Source: Bacteroidota bacterium (GTDB lineage Bacteria > Bacteroidota > Bacteroidia > Bacteroidales > Paludibacteraceae). Taken from it: a DNA stretch of 64,000 nucleotides. The stretch covers positions 1,288 to 65,287 of the forward strand of contig JAUZOM010000001.1 of NCBI GenBank assembly GCA_030706465.1. The letters are read 5' to 3'. The notes beneath the pieces are model-generated. The model did no database searches. It had not been told where the DNA came from and saw only the letters and a program-made list of their open reading frames with translations. Shown piece by piece: positions 36,363 through 44,932 of the stretch; position 1 is the stretch's first letter; every line of letters begins with the position of its first letter. The translations under genes were made by a program, and so were the position numbers.

Positions 36363-37802
36363 ATGAAAACTACAAGCATTGCAATTCTATTGTCATTCTT
36401 ATCTGTTTCTGTTTTTTCTCAAAACACCGGAACGCGGTTTGATCAGAAGATAACAGTGTATTCTACATCGTACAGGACAAATGAAAGATTAACCGAAACG
36501 GATAAAATCGATTTTACAAGAGCCAAACAGCCGATAGAAAAAGAAATCTCTGTCTTTGTAAATCCGGCTAAAACATTTCAGGCCATTATAGGCATTGGAG
36601 GGGCCATAACAGATGCAAGCGCCGAAACGTTTGCCAAGTTACCGGCCGACAAAAAGCAGGAACTTCTTAATTCTTATTATGATAAAACGAATGGAATCGG
36701 TTATACGCTGATCCGTACAAATATAGGCAGTTGCGATTTCAGCAGTGGAAGTTATGCTTATATTGCCGATGGAGATAAAGAATTGAAAACGTTTAGTATC
36801 GATCACGATAAGGTATTTCGTATCCCGTTAATCAAACAAGCCATAAAGGCTACCGGAAATCAAGTTATAACTTATGCCAGCCCCTGGAGTCCACCTGCAT
36901 TTATGAAGGACAACAACGACATGTCCCATGGCGGAAAATTATTGCCGGAATATTATGAGGCATGGGCCACTTATTATACGAAATTTATTAAAGCTTACGA
37001 GAAAGAAGGCATTCCTGTTTGGGGCATTTCCTTGCAAAACGAAGCTATGGCTATTCAAACCTGGGAATCATGTATCTATACCGCCGAAGAAGAACGCGAT
37101 TTTCTAAAGAATCACCTGGGACCTGTTATGAGCAAACAAGGCTTAGGGGATAGAAAAATAATCGTTTGGGATCATAACCGGGATTTAATAAATCAACGGG
37201 CCAGCATAATTTTTGACGATTCTGTTGCTTCGAAATATGCCTGGGGTATTGGGTTCCATTGGTATGAAACCTGGTCCGGCAGTGAACCCATGTTTGATAA
37301 TGTTGCAAAGGTGCATGAAGCCTATCCATTGAAGAACATGCTGTTTTCCGAAGGCTGTGTTGAAAAGTTTAAGCCCGGAAAGATTAATCACTGGGCAAAT
37401 GGGGAGAGATATGGCCGTTCAATGATAAATGACTTTAATGCGGGAGCGGTGGGTTGGACCGACTGGAACATTCTGTTGGACGAAAACGGTGGTCCGAACC
37501 ATGCCGGAAACTTCTGCTTTGCCCCGGTACATGCTAATACCAAAACCGGCCAATTAATGTACACCCCCTCCTTTTATTACATTGGCCATTTTTCCAAATT
37601 TGTTCGTCCCAATGCAAAAAGAGTCAGTACAGCCTCCAGCAGGAGCCAACTACTGAGCGTTTCATTTATGAATGAAGATGGTAAAATGGCAACTATTGTG
37701 ATGAACGAAAGCAATAAACCGGTAACTTATAATTTAATCGTCGGCTCTTCGGAAGCAACAATTAATATTTTACCTCATGCCATTCAAACGCTGGTCTATT
37801 AA
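36363..37802 (+). CDS. GH30 glycoside hydrolase (glucosylceramidase / beta-glucanase-like)
   Basis: 479-aa ORF with signal peptide MKTTSIAILLSFLSVSVFSQ. It contains ASPWSPPAFMK, ISLQNEAMA (acid/base Glu region) and LFSEGC (nucleophile Glu region). The pattern parallels human GBA by eye. Confidence 0.85.
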   Translation: MKTTSIAILLSFLSVSVFSQNTGTRFDQKITVYSTSYRTNERLTETDKIDFTRAKQPIEKEISVFVNPAKTFQAIIGIGGAITDASAETFAKLPADKKQELLNSYYDKTNGIGYTLIRTNIGSCDFSSGSYAYIADGDKELKTFSIDHDKVFRIPLIKQAIKATGNQVITYASPWSPPAFMKDNNDMSHGGKLLPEYYEAWATYYTKFIKAYEKEGIPVWGISLQNEAMAIQTWESCIYTAEEERDFLKNHLGPVMSKQGLGDRKIIVWDHNRDLINQRASIIFDDSVASKYAWGIGFHWYETWSGSEPMFDNVAKVHEAYPLKNMLFSEGCVEKFKPGKINHWANGERYGRSMINDFNAGAVGWTDWNILLDENGGPNHAGNFCFAPVHANTKTGQLMYTPSFYYIGHFSKFVRPNAKRVSTASSRSQLLSVSFMNEDGKMATIVMNESNKPVTYNLIVGSSEATINILPHAIQTLVY

Positions 37803-37922
37803 TCTAAGAAAAATAAACATCGTTAAACCCGGTCTCCTAATTTCGCAATTAACATCTGTTTTGAAACAATATAGTTAACTTATCGCACGTTTATAGAATA
37901 GTTAAACCCTTAAAATAATTAA

Positions 37923-39065
37923 ATGGATTCAACACACGCTCAACTCTTACCCTATCCCGATTCAAAAAACCATTACGAGATACTCGACGGATTACGTGGA
38001 GTAGCAGCAATCATGGTGGTTATCTTTCATTTCTTTGAACCTCTTTCCACAAGTCATCTGGACCAGATTGTAAATCACGGTTACCTGGCAGTGGACTTTT
38101 TCTTTGTTCTCTCCGGTTTTGTCATTGGTTACGCCTACGACGACCGGTGGGGTAAAATGACGCTGAAAGGTTTCTTTAAGCGGCGTCTCATTCGGCTTCA
38201 TCCAATGATTATCATGGGAATGATAATCGGTGCTATCGGGTTCTATTTCGGTACCTCTGAACTGTGGCCATCCATCGGCCAGACACCTGTTTGGAAGATG
38301 TTGCTCGTTATGCTGGTTGGTTTTACTTTACTTCCGGTTCCACTATCCATGGATATCAGGGGTTGGGGTGAAATGCATCCGCTCAATGGCCCGGCCTGGT
38401 CGCTTTTCTTCGAGTACCTGGCCAACATGCTCTATGCTCTCTTTATCCGGAAATTTTCGAACAAGGCCCTCGCGGTATTGGTTTTTATAGCCGGCTGTGC
38501 ACTGATACACCTGGCCGTAACAAGTCCTAACGGTGACGTCATTGGAGGTTGGTCCGTTGAGCCGTCACAACTTCGCATTGGCTTTACCCGTTTAATGTAT
38601 CCGTTTTTTGCCGGACTTTTACTCTCTCGTATGGGAAAACTGGCGCATGTTAAGCACGCATTTCTGCTGTGCAGTTTGCTGATCGTGCTGATTCTTTCGA
38701 TTCCAAGAATCGGCGGAAGCGGGCATCTGTGGATGAACGGCCTCTATGACTCCCTATGTATCCTGTTTCTCTTTCCGTTAATCGTTTACCTGGGGGCAAG
38801 TGGCGAAGTGAAAGGAAAATACGCTTCAAAGATAAACAAGTTCTTAGGCGATATCTCTTATCCGATATACATTATACACTATCCACTGATATATATTTAC
38901 ACCGCCTGGGTTGCTGACAATAAAATTCCATTGCGGGAAGCTCTCCCGGTCGGTTTGCTCGTTCTCTTATCGAGTATCGCGATCGCCTATGCCTGTTTGA
39001 AGCTCTATGACAGGCCGGTGCGGGAATGGTTGACCAGGCGTTTTTTGACAAGCGTGATTAAGTAA
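37923..39065 (+). CDS. Acyltransferase family 3 integral membrane O-acyltransferase
   Basis: 380-aa ORF. It has the LDGLRGVAAIMVVIFHF signature and about 10 hydrophobic helices. Confidence 0.85.
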   Translation: MDSTHAQLLPYPDSKNHYEILDGLRGVAAIMVVIFHFFEPLSTSHLDQIVNHGYLAVDFFFVLSGFVIGYAYDDRWGKMTLKGFFKRRLIRLHPMIIMGMIIGAIGFYFGTSELWPSIGQTPVWKMLLVMLVGFTLLPVPLSMDIRGWGEMHPLNGPAWSLFFEYLANMLYALFIRKFSNKALAVLVFIAGCALIHLAVTSPNGDVIGGWSVEPSQLRIGFTRLMYPFFAGLLLSRMGKLAHVKHAFLLCSLLIVLILSIPRIGGSGHLWMNGLYDSLCILFLFPLIVYLGASGEVKGKYASKINKFLGDISYPIYIIHYPLIYIYTAWVADNKIPLREALPVGLLVLLSSIAIAYACLKLYDRPVREWLTRRFLTSVIK

Positions 39066-39171
39066 ATCATCATCGATAAGGCCTCTCCCGATCTATAAAA
39101 CAGAATTTCCTTTTAAGGTTGAAATACTGGAAGAGTTGTCCGGTACATTCCGGCAAATGAATTAACCGGAG

Positions 39172-39233
39172 GTTTAGTAGTAAAAAGAAAAGGATCTGAC
39201 AGTTGTCAAATCCTTTTCTTTTTACTACTAAAC
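39172..39233. terminator. Perfect 24-bp inverted repeat between convergent genes (bidirectional terminator candidate)
   Basis: gtttagtagtaaaaagaaaaggat (39172-39195) is the exact reverse complement of atccttttctttttactactaaac (39210-39233). The 14-nt loop is ctgacagttgtcaa. Confidence 0.7.
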
Positions 39234-39241
39234 TTCATTAC

Positions 39242-40186
39242 TCAGAGCTTTTTAAGTTCGGCTGTTACATTGTTATGATCAATCACTTTCACATCATACA
39301 GGATCTCTATTTTATACGTTTTCCCTTTAATTGCATTATACAGGTTTGTGACACCGTCACGACCCATGGCACTAAAATCCTGTTTCATAGTGGCGCAATT
39401 GGGATGATCCTTAATATAGTTCAGTAGTGGAATGGAGACATCAAAAAACACCGAAATGCCTCCCCCTTTCATAAACTTCGACATAGCAGGGAAACTGTCC
39501 ACTCCATTTAGTACCGGGACACCCCAAAACATCTGAACCCCGTTGATCTTATGATTACGAGCCAAATTATATGTCAATAATTCCTTCCCGTAATCGGGGA
39601 TTTCATAGGAATACAGGACTTCAGCTATTTTCCCGTCACTAATGACTGAGCGAAAGCCGGATAATCTTTCCGCCATATTCAAAGCGCTCACCCCCCCGCA
39701 TAAAACCAGGATCTGGCCTTGATTCTTATTGGCTTTCCGATATAGGTTCATCATCGTCTCGGCACAAACCTTTCCTGCCTTTTTATTATCTGTCCCGACA
39801 TAGAAAATCCGATCACTCTTGGGACAGTCAGAATCAAAAGTAGCCACCTTGATTCCGGCCTTCATAGCCTTGTTGATCGGATCCTTTAACAGTTCGGCAT
39901 CATTACAACTGATTAAAATTCCGTCAACCTTATATTGAATCAGGTTTTCAATCAACTCTTTCTGCTTTTTTCCGTCAATGGAAGTGGGAGCTTCCCAGGT
40001 TAACACAATTCCCAACCCTTTAGCCGCCTTAATCGCGCTTTCCTTTACCTGGTCAAAGATTGCATTATCGACTTTCGGAATAATTGCGATAACAATTTCC
40101 TTCTTTTCATGCTTGCCCTGGTTGCATGTAACAAAAACACCCACTAAAATGCATAGCACCGTGAGTAAAATCCAGCTCTTTTTCAT
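39242..40186 (-). CDS. Periplasmic sugar-binding protein (PBP type I, RbsB/LsrB-like), lipoprotein, with no adjacent ABC permease or ATPase
   Basis: 314-aa ORF. Signal and lipobox-like sequence: MKKSWILLTVLCILVGVFVTCNQ. Peripla_BP_4-like pattern: IVIAIIPKVDNAIFDQVKESA...VDGILIS...ATFDSD...YVGTDNKKAG. Confidence 0.8.
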   Translation of the reverse strand: MKKSWILLTVLCILVGVFVTCNQGKHEKKEIVIAIIPKVDNAIFDQVKESAIKAAKGLGIVLTWEAPTSIDGKKQKELIENLIQYKVDGILISCNDAELLKDPINKAMKAGIKVATFDSDCPKSDRIFYVGTDNKKAGKVCAETMMNLYRKANKNQGQILVLCGGVSALNMAERLSGFRSVISDGKIAEVLYSYEIPDYGKELLTYNLARNHKINGVQMFWGVPVLNGVDSFPAMSKFMKGGGISVFFDVSIPLLNYIKDHPNCATMKQDFSAMGRDGVTNLYNAIKGKTYKIEILYDVKVIDHNNVTAELKKL

Positions 40187-41050
40187 ACTCTTAGTATCGT
40201 TTAATGTTATTAAAAATCGATAATTTATATTCGAACACTTAGTTTCAACTATTTAAATTGAAATTAAGGCAAATCGCATTTCCCGTACTTTTGTATAAGG
40301 AATAAACAATCCCGAACAAGACTTTGTTTTTGGTGGAGTCCTATAATAATTGCTAAAGTTGAGTTTCCACTGATTTTATTCCGTCACGAAGACCGGTTGC
40401 TATGGACCGGCCGCTATTTTCCGGAAGCAACCGGTACCTGGGCAGGTCCGAAAACCGCCTGATTCTTCTGCTCAATAGAATGGCGGACCAACAGGTTTCC
40501 GGATTGTCCCGGTCGCTCCTACCCTTCAGGCAGGTACTATATCTTAGAAATCCATTTGTATCCAGGATAGCCGCCATGGGGCTTTTGAATGTCGGCAGCT
40601 ATTTTTGAGACCTTTCCACCGACGCTGTCGAAAACCTCCGGCGGAAAGGGCAATTCCCGTTTCTTTCCCCCACTCCCTGTTCGCTTTTAGCTTTCGGTTT
40701 ATTCATAGTTGTAACTTCTTCCTTAGACATCCCCTGGATGTTATAGATCATTAATCGGTTATGATAGCTATCAGCAGGTGGAATAACTGAATGTCCAGTT
40801 TATACATTCGGACAATCACTGTTGACTATTGATCCGGCACCCGGCCATCGGACGAAGTTGGAGGAGTGTTGGAGTCGATCCTTCACCGGACTCCAACTCG
40901 TTGACGGATGTTGTTTCATTTCCGGTCCTTCATTCCCGGATAGTATCTTCTTCCTTCAGTCTTACTTCCGCCGGGGTTCTTGCTCTGTACAGAGACAGTT
41001 CAGAGGGAGTATAGAGAGGGTTTCGAGGGGGTTCAGTTAGGTCTACCTAT

Positions 41051-41149
41051 CCGAACCCTATCCGAGCCCTAACCGAACCCTAACTGAACCCTATCTGAAC
41101 CCTATCTGAACCCCCTCTATACCTAAACTAAAATAAGACTAAAATAAGA
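41051..41149 (+). repeat. Tandem 11-bp repeat array
   Basis: Units in strict 11-nt register are ccgaaccctat, ccgagccctaa, ccgaaccctaa, ctgaaccctat, ctgaaccctat, ctgaaccccct, ctatacctaaa, ctaaaataaga, ctaaaataaga. An inverted partial copy (gggggttcagttagg, tatagagaggg) lies just upstream at 41009-41040. Confidence 0.85.
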
Positions 41150-41260
41150 CCGCGTAGACAAATTAACATTCTACGAATTCCCCTTTAGTTCCTTCCAGTA
41201 AGAAGATTAAGAAATGAAAATAACAGAGAGCAATATATTTCCAATTAAGTAAAGGAAAAT

Positions 41261-41489
41261 AAATAATGTCGTATAATTTAAAGAAGGAAATAAGGGGTAG
41301 TCTTTTTTCTTAATTTTTCCACTGAGGGTTAAAAACAGAAATAAGGTTTTCAATTTAATACCCTTCCAGTTGGATATTAAACCTAAGTAGAAAAGCCGAA
41401 TACACGAGATCAAAAACCTTATTACGTTGTTTTAAATATCGTATTTTAATAAGAAATAAAATAGGACAATAAATTGTTCCAACTACTTA
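41261..41489 (+). repeat. Intergenic element copy A (family with 47855-48097 and 32375-32460)
   Basis: A 5' block of about 100 nt and a 3' block of about 52 nt align with copy B at roughly 80-85% identity by eye. The 5' block runs aaataatgtcgtat...ggaataagg..cttaat..actnagggnt.aaaaacanaaataaggttttt. The 3' block runs tcgtatttt.aagaaataaaa.aggacaata.attgttcc.actactta. Confidence 0.8.
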
Positions 41490-41886
41490 TTTCTGATAAG
41501 ATTGAGTGAAGCAACTAAAAATCGTATAGATTCCTAAAACCGATAGCGAAGCAACGGTGAAGCCAACCGGAAAAACAAAAGGGTTAAACGGAACTAAAAA
41601 ATGTCGTACTGATAACTTCACAGATCGGTTTCCAGGAATACGACATTGGAGAGTTTGCATACTGCGGATTACATATCGATTTCCCAACCTCATCGATTAT
41701 TCCGGAAGAATCATTTTCCCAGTAACAAACAGTTCGTTCAGTTGTTACAATAATTAAAGCATTTGGTAAAAAAACAAACACCGTAGCAAAGCCAAAATAA
41801 TACATTTGTTGCGATAAATTGAGTAAAAAAAGCGCTCTTCCTATTGTCTTTAAAATCAGAAAGAGTATTGCAATAAATATCTCCAA
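41487..41886 (-). pseudogene. Possible small (about 133 aa) multi-pass membrane protein, split by a frameshift at a 6-nt homopolymer
   Basis: The ORFs at 41584..41886 and 41487..41693 overlap in adjacent frames. Removing one base of the A6 run (41596-41601) fuses them to ...KPICEVISTTFLVPFNPFVFPVGFTVASLSVLGIYTIFSCFTQSYQK. The only start is a TTG, and I recognise no family motif. Confidence 0.25.
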
Positions 41887-41964
41887 AATCTAACCCATAG
41901 ATGATTTTGGCATTCGTTTATGTCTAAATTAAAATCAAACAATAATTAACCGGCTAACAGAACA

Positions 41965-44763
41965 ATGAATAATCATCATTTAGAACCCATCACCAGGAAA
42001 AACAGAATGCGTACAGTTTTGACTTTATTTTTCCTATCCCTGACTGTTTTTTCAGGGTTTGCTACAGAGAGTAAAATTAATTTAAGCGGTATCTGGACAG
42101 TAAAACTGGATTCTAATGACATAGGAATTTCCAAAAAATGGTTTTCAACATCATTTCAGGAGAAAATCAGTCTTCCAGGAACAACTGATGATGCCAAAAT
42201 GGGAAATCCCAATATCCTGTTGCCCGAATTAAGACGTCCCCAGGTATCCCATCTTACGCGTAAAAACAGTTATGTCGGAGTGGCTTGGTACAGCAAAGAG
42301 ATTAATGTGCCTGCCAACTGGAAAAACAAACAGATCACGTTAAAACTGGAACGGGTCATCTGGCAAACGCGCGTCTGGGTGGACGGAAAAGCAGTAGCGG
42401 GAAAACAGGAAAGCCTGACCACACCTCATTATATTGACCTGACAAATCAGTTGCCGGCAGGAAAACATCGTATCACCATCCGGGTGGACAACCGGAAAAA
42501 ATACGATATCACGGTAAATGACATGGCCCATGCCTATACCAATGAGACTCAGATCATGTGGAACGGGATCATCGGCGAAATAAGTTGCACGGCCGAAGAT
42601 AAAATCCATATCAATCAGATTCAAATTTATCCGGATATTGAGAAAAAGCTTGCCAAAATTAAAGTCTGCATTTCAAATTCAACGGGTGCACCTGCAGAAG
42701 GGGTTCTCCGGATATTCGCTACCTCGTTAAAGACAACTGAAAAGTTGGAGACACATTCCCTGCCTATTCATATTGACCCGTCAAATTCAACGATTGAAAT
42801 TAGCTACCCCATGGGACAGCATCCCCTGTTGTGGGACGAATTCAACCCGAACCTGTATACACTATCGGCAGAAATAAAAGGAAACGGATTTCAATCTTCC
42901 GGAACGGAAACATTTGGAATGCGAAGCTTAACCAACAAAAACACTGCGATACAGGTAAATGGGCACCCGGTTTTTTTACGGGGCACACTCGAATGCTGTA
43001 TCTTTCCGCTGAGAGGTTACCCACCCATGGATAAAAAAGGGTGGCAAAAGGTATTTGGGACCGCGCGGGAAATGGGGTTGAATCACTTGCGTTTTCATTC
43101 GTGGTGTCCCCCGAAATATGCGTTTGAAGTAGCCGACGAAATGGGGTTTTATTTGCAGATAGAGTTACCCCTTTGGTCGCTGACGGTGAATAAAGACCAG
43201 GCAACTGATGATTTCTTAAGCGATGAAGCCGATAGGATCATCAAAGAATATGGCAATCATCCTTCCTTTTGTTTCTGGAGTATCGGCAACGAACTGCAAC
43301 CTGATTTTCATTTCCTGAACGCGTTCGTGGACCGGCTAAAAGCAAAAGACTTCAGGCACCTGTATACAAATTCATCGTATTCATTTGAGAAAGGGCATGG
43401 TGATTGGCCGGAGCGCAACGATGATTATTTTATCACCCAACGAACCAAAAAAGGCTGGGTACGCGGACAAGGCGTATTTGACAGTGAATCGCCATCCTTT
43501 AATAAAGATTATTCGGCGTCGCTGGATAGTATGCCGGTACCAACCCTGATCCATGAAGTGGGACAATATGCCGTTTATCCGGCTATCAATGAAATTGAAA
43601 AATACACCGGGGTACTCGATCCGTTGAACTTCAAAGCAGTAAAAGCCGATTTAATCAAAAAGGGCCTGATTGGCAGGGCCAACGATTATTTAATGGCATC
43701 CGGAAAACTGGCTGCCATACTTTACAAGGAAGAGATTGAACGTGCTATGAAAACAAACGGAATCAGCGGATTTCAGTTATTGGATCTGCACGACTTTCCG
43801 GGACAAGGCACTGCGTTGGTCGGATTGCTCGATGCTTTCTGGGACAGCAAAGGCCTGATTACGGCAGCTGATTTCAGGCAGTATTGTTCACCGGTGGTTC
43901 CCTTAATCCGTTACGAAAAAGCAACCTTCACCAATGATGAAACCTTTAAAGCGGATGTTGAAATTATTAATTACGGAAATACAAACCTCACCGGCAAAAA
44001 ACTGAGCTGGCAACTGGTTGACAAAACAGGAGCCCTGATCGGGACCGGGAGTCTTAACCTATCCGATGTCTCTATCGGAAAAAGAGTAGTGGTAGGAGCT
44101 ATTACGAAAGACCTCTCGGGAATTTCCGAAGCCACCTGTTTGAAGGTGAATGTTGAAATTGAAGGGACACCTTACCGGAATTACTGGCAGGTCTGGGTTT
44201 ATCCTGCGAAGACAAGCGTAATGCCCGGTGATATTGTCATTACTTCCAACCGGGACGAGGCGATGACTGCATTATCAGCCGGTAAGAAAGTATTATTCAG
44301 TCCCAAAACGGAAGAAATAAACGGCCTGGAAGGAAAATTCGTACAGGTATTCTGGAGCCCGGTACATTTTCCCGATCAACCCGGAACAATGGGATTACTG
44401 ATGAATCCGGCTCATGCGGCCTTCAACTATTTCCCAACCGAAATGCATACCAACTGGCAATGGTGGGATTTATGTAAGAAATCGAAGACCATCTGTATTG
44501 ATAGCATCGCCGGGGCAACTCCTATTGTCGAAAATGTGGATAATTTTATGAAGAACAGGCGTCTGTGTTCCGTTTTCGAAGCAAAAGCCGGTAACGGACA
44601 ACTTATCTTTTCCTCAATGGATTTACTGACCGATACAAACCACCGGCCAGTAGCCCGGCAACTTCTCTATAGCTTAGTCGAATACATGAAAACAGCAAAA
44701 TTCAAACCGGAGAATTCAATCAAGGAATCGGAATTACTGAAACTTTTGTTCGTAAAAAAATAA
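41965..44763 (+). CDS. GH2-like glycoside hydrolase (sugar-binding jelly-roll + TIM barrel; specificity unknown)
   Basis: 932-aa ORF. It contains LSGIWTVKLDSNDIG...VAWYSKEINVPANWKNKQITLKLERVIWQTRVWVDGKAV (GH2 N-terminal sugar-binding pattern), RFHSWCPPKYAFEVADEMGFYLQIELPLW, NHPSFCFWSIGNEL (acid/base) and LIHEVGQY (candidate nucleophile). Confidence 0.7.
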   Translation: MNNHHLEPITRKNRMRTVLTLFFLSLTVFSGFATESKINLSGIWTVKLDSNDIGISKKWFSTSFQEKISLPGTTDDAKMGNPNILLPELRRPQVSHLTRKNSYVGVAWYSKEINVPANWKNKQITLKLERVIWQTRVWVDGKAVAGKQESLTTPHYIDLTNQLPAGKHRITIRVDNRKKYDITVNDMAHAYTNETQIMWNGIIGEISCTAEDKIHINQIQIYPDIEKKLAKIKVCISNSTGAPAEGVLRIFATSLKTTEKLETHSLPIHIDPSNSTIEISYPMGQHPLLWDEFNPNLYTLSAEIKGNGFQSSGTETFGMRSLTNKNTAIQVNGHPVFLRGTLECCIFPLRGYPPMDKKGWQKVFGTAREMGLNHLRFHSWCPPKYAFEVADEMGFYLQIELPLWSLTVNKDQATDDFLSDEADRIIKEYGNHPSFCFWSIGNELQPDFHFLNAFVDRLKAKDFRHLYTNSSYSFEKGHGDWPERNDDYFITQRTKKGWVRGQGVFDSESPSFNKDYSASLDSMPVPTLIHEVGQYAVYPAINEIEKYTGVLDPLNFKAVKADLIKKGLIGRANDYLMASGKLAAILYKEEIERAMKTNGISGFQLLDLHDFPGQGTALVGLLDAFWDSKGLITAADFRQYCSPVVPLIRYEKATFTNDETFKADVEIINYGNTNLTGKKLSWQLVDKTGALIGTGSLNLSDVSIGKRVVVGAITKDLSGISEATCLKVNVEIEGTPYRNYWQVWVYPAKTSVMPGDIVITSNRDEAMTALSAGKKVLFSPKTEEINGLEGKFVQVFWSPVHFPDQPGTMGLLMNPAHAAFNYFPTEMHTNWQWWDLCKKSKTICIDSIAGATPIVENVDNFMKNRRLCSVFEAKAGNGQLIFSSMDLLTDTNHRPVARQLLYSLVEYMKTAKFKPENSIKESELLKLLFVKK

Positions 44764-44932
44764 GAATGTCCATTATTATTTCCATAAACATCCAACAAAG
44801 CAATCACTACCCGGCTATTAAAACCTATAAAATACCAGGAGTTTTCGCATCGGAGAATCCAACCTATTGGCATGCCGGCTTGCCTGTTATTTTGAGGACT
44901 ATCTAGTACTTAACGGGTGATTCGTTGGTTAG

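Noticed and set aside
39242-40186. The sugar-binding protein as the truncated N-terminus of a hybrid two-component sensor
   Set aside because: The ORF ends with a clean stop followed within 10 nt by a strong terminator hairpin. Only 176 nt separate it from the convergent acyltransferase gene. No kinase or receiver remnants are visible.
40868-40903. A hairpin with an AC bulge on the minus strand, resembling group II intron domain V
   Set aside because: The helix lengths do not fit domain V (3 bp, then the bulge, then 8 bp, instead of about 9 bp, then the bulge, then 5 bp). There is no AGC triad in the right place, no GNRA tetraloop, no GUGYG 5' end and no reverse-transcriptase ORF.
40353-41040. 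Short ORFs in the GC-rich island (74, 68, 72 and 61 aa)
   Set aside because: They overlap each other on both strands, are Arg/Ser/Leu/Gly-rich and carry no motifs. This is the expected by-product of GC-rich non-coding sequence.
41062-41094. CCCTAA telomere-like hexamers inside the 11-bp repeats
   Set aside because: The true period is 11 nt, not 6. The hexamer is a sub-string of the repeat unit, so the resemblance is coincidental.
41051-41149. Possible CRISPR array
   Set aside because: The repeats are only 11 nt long and directly abutting, with no spacers. There are no cas genes in the window.
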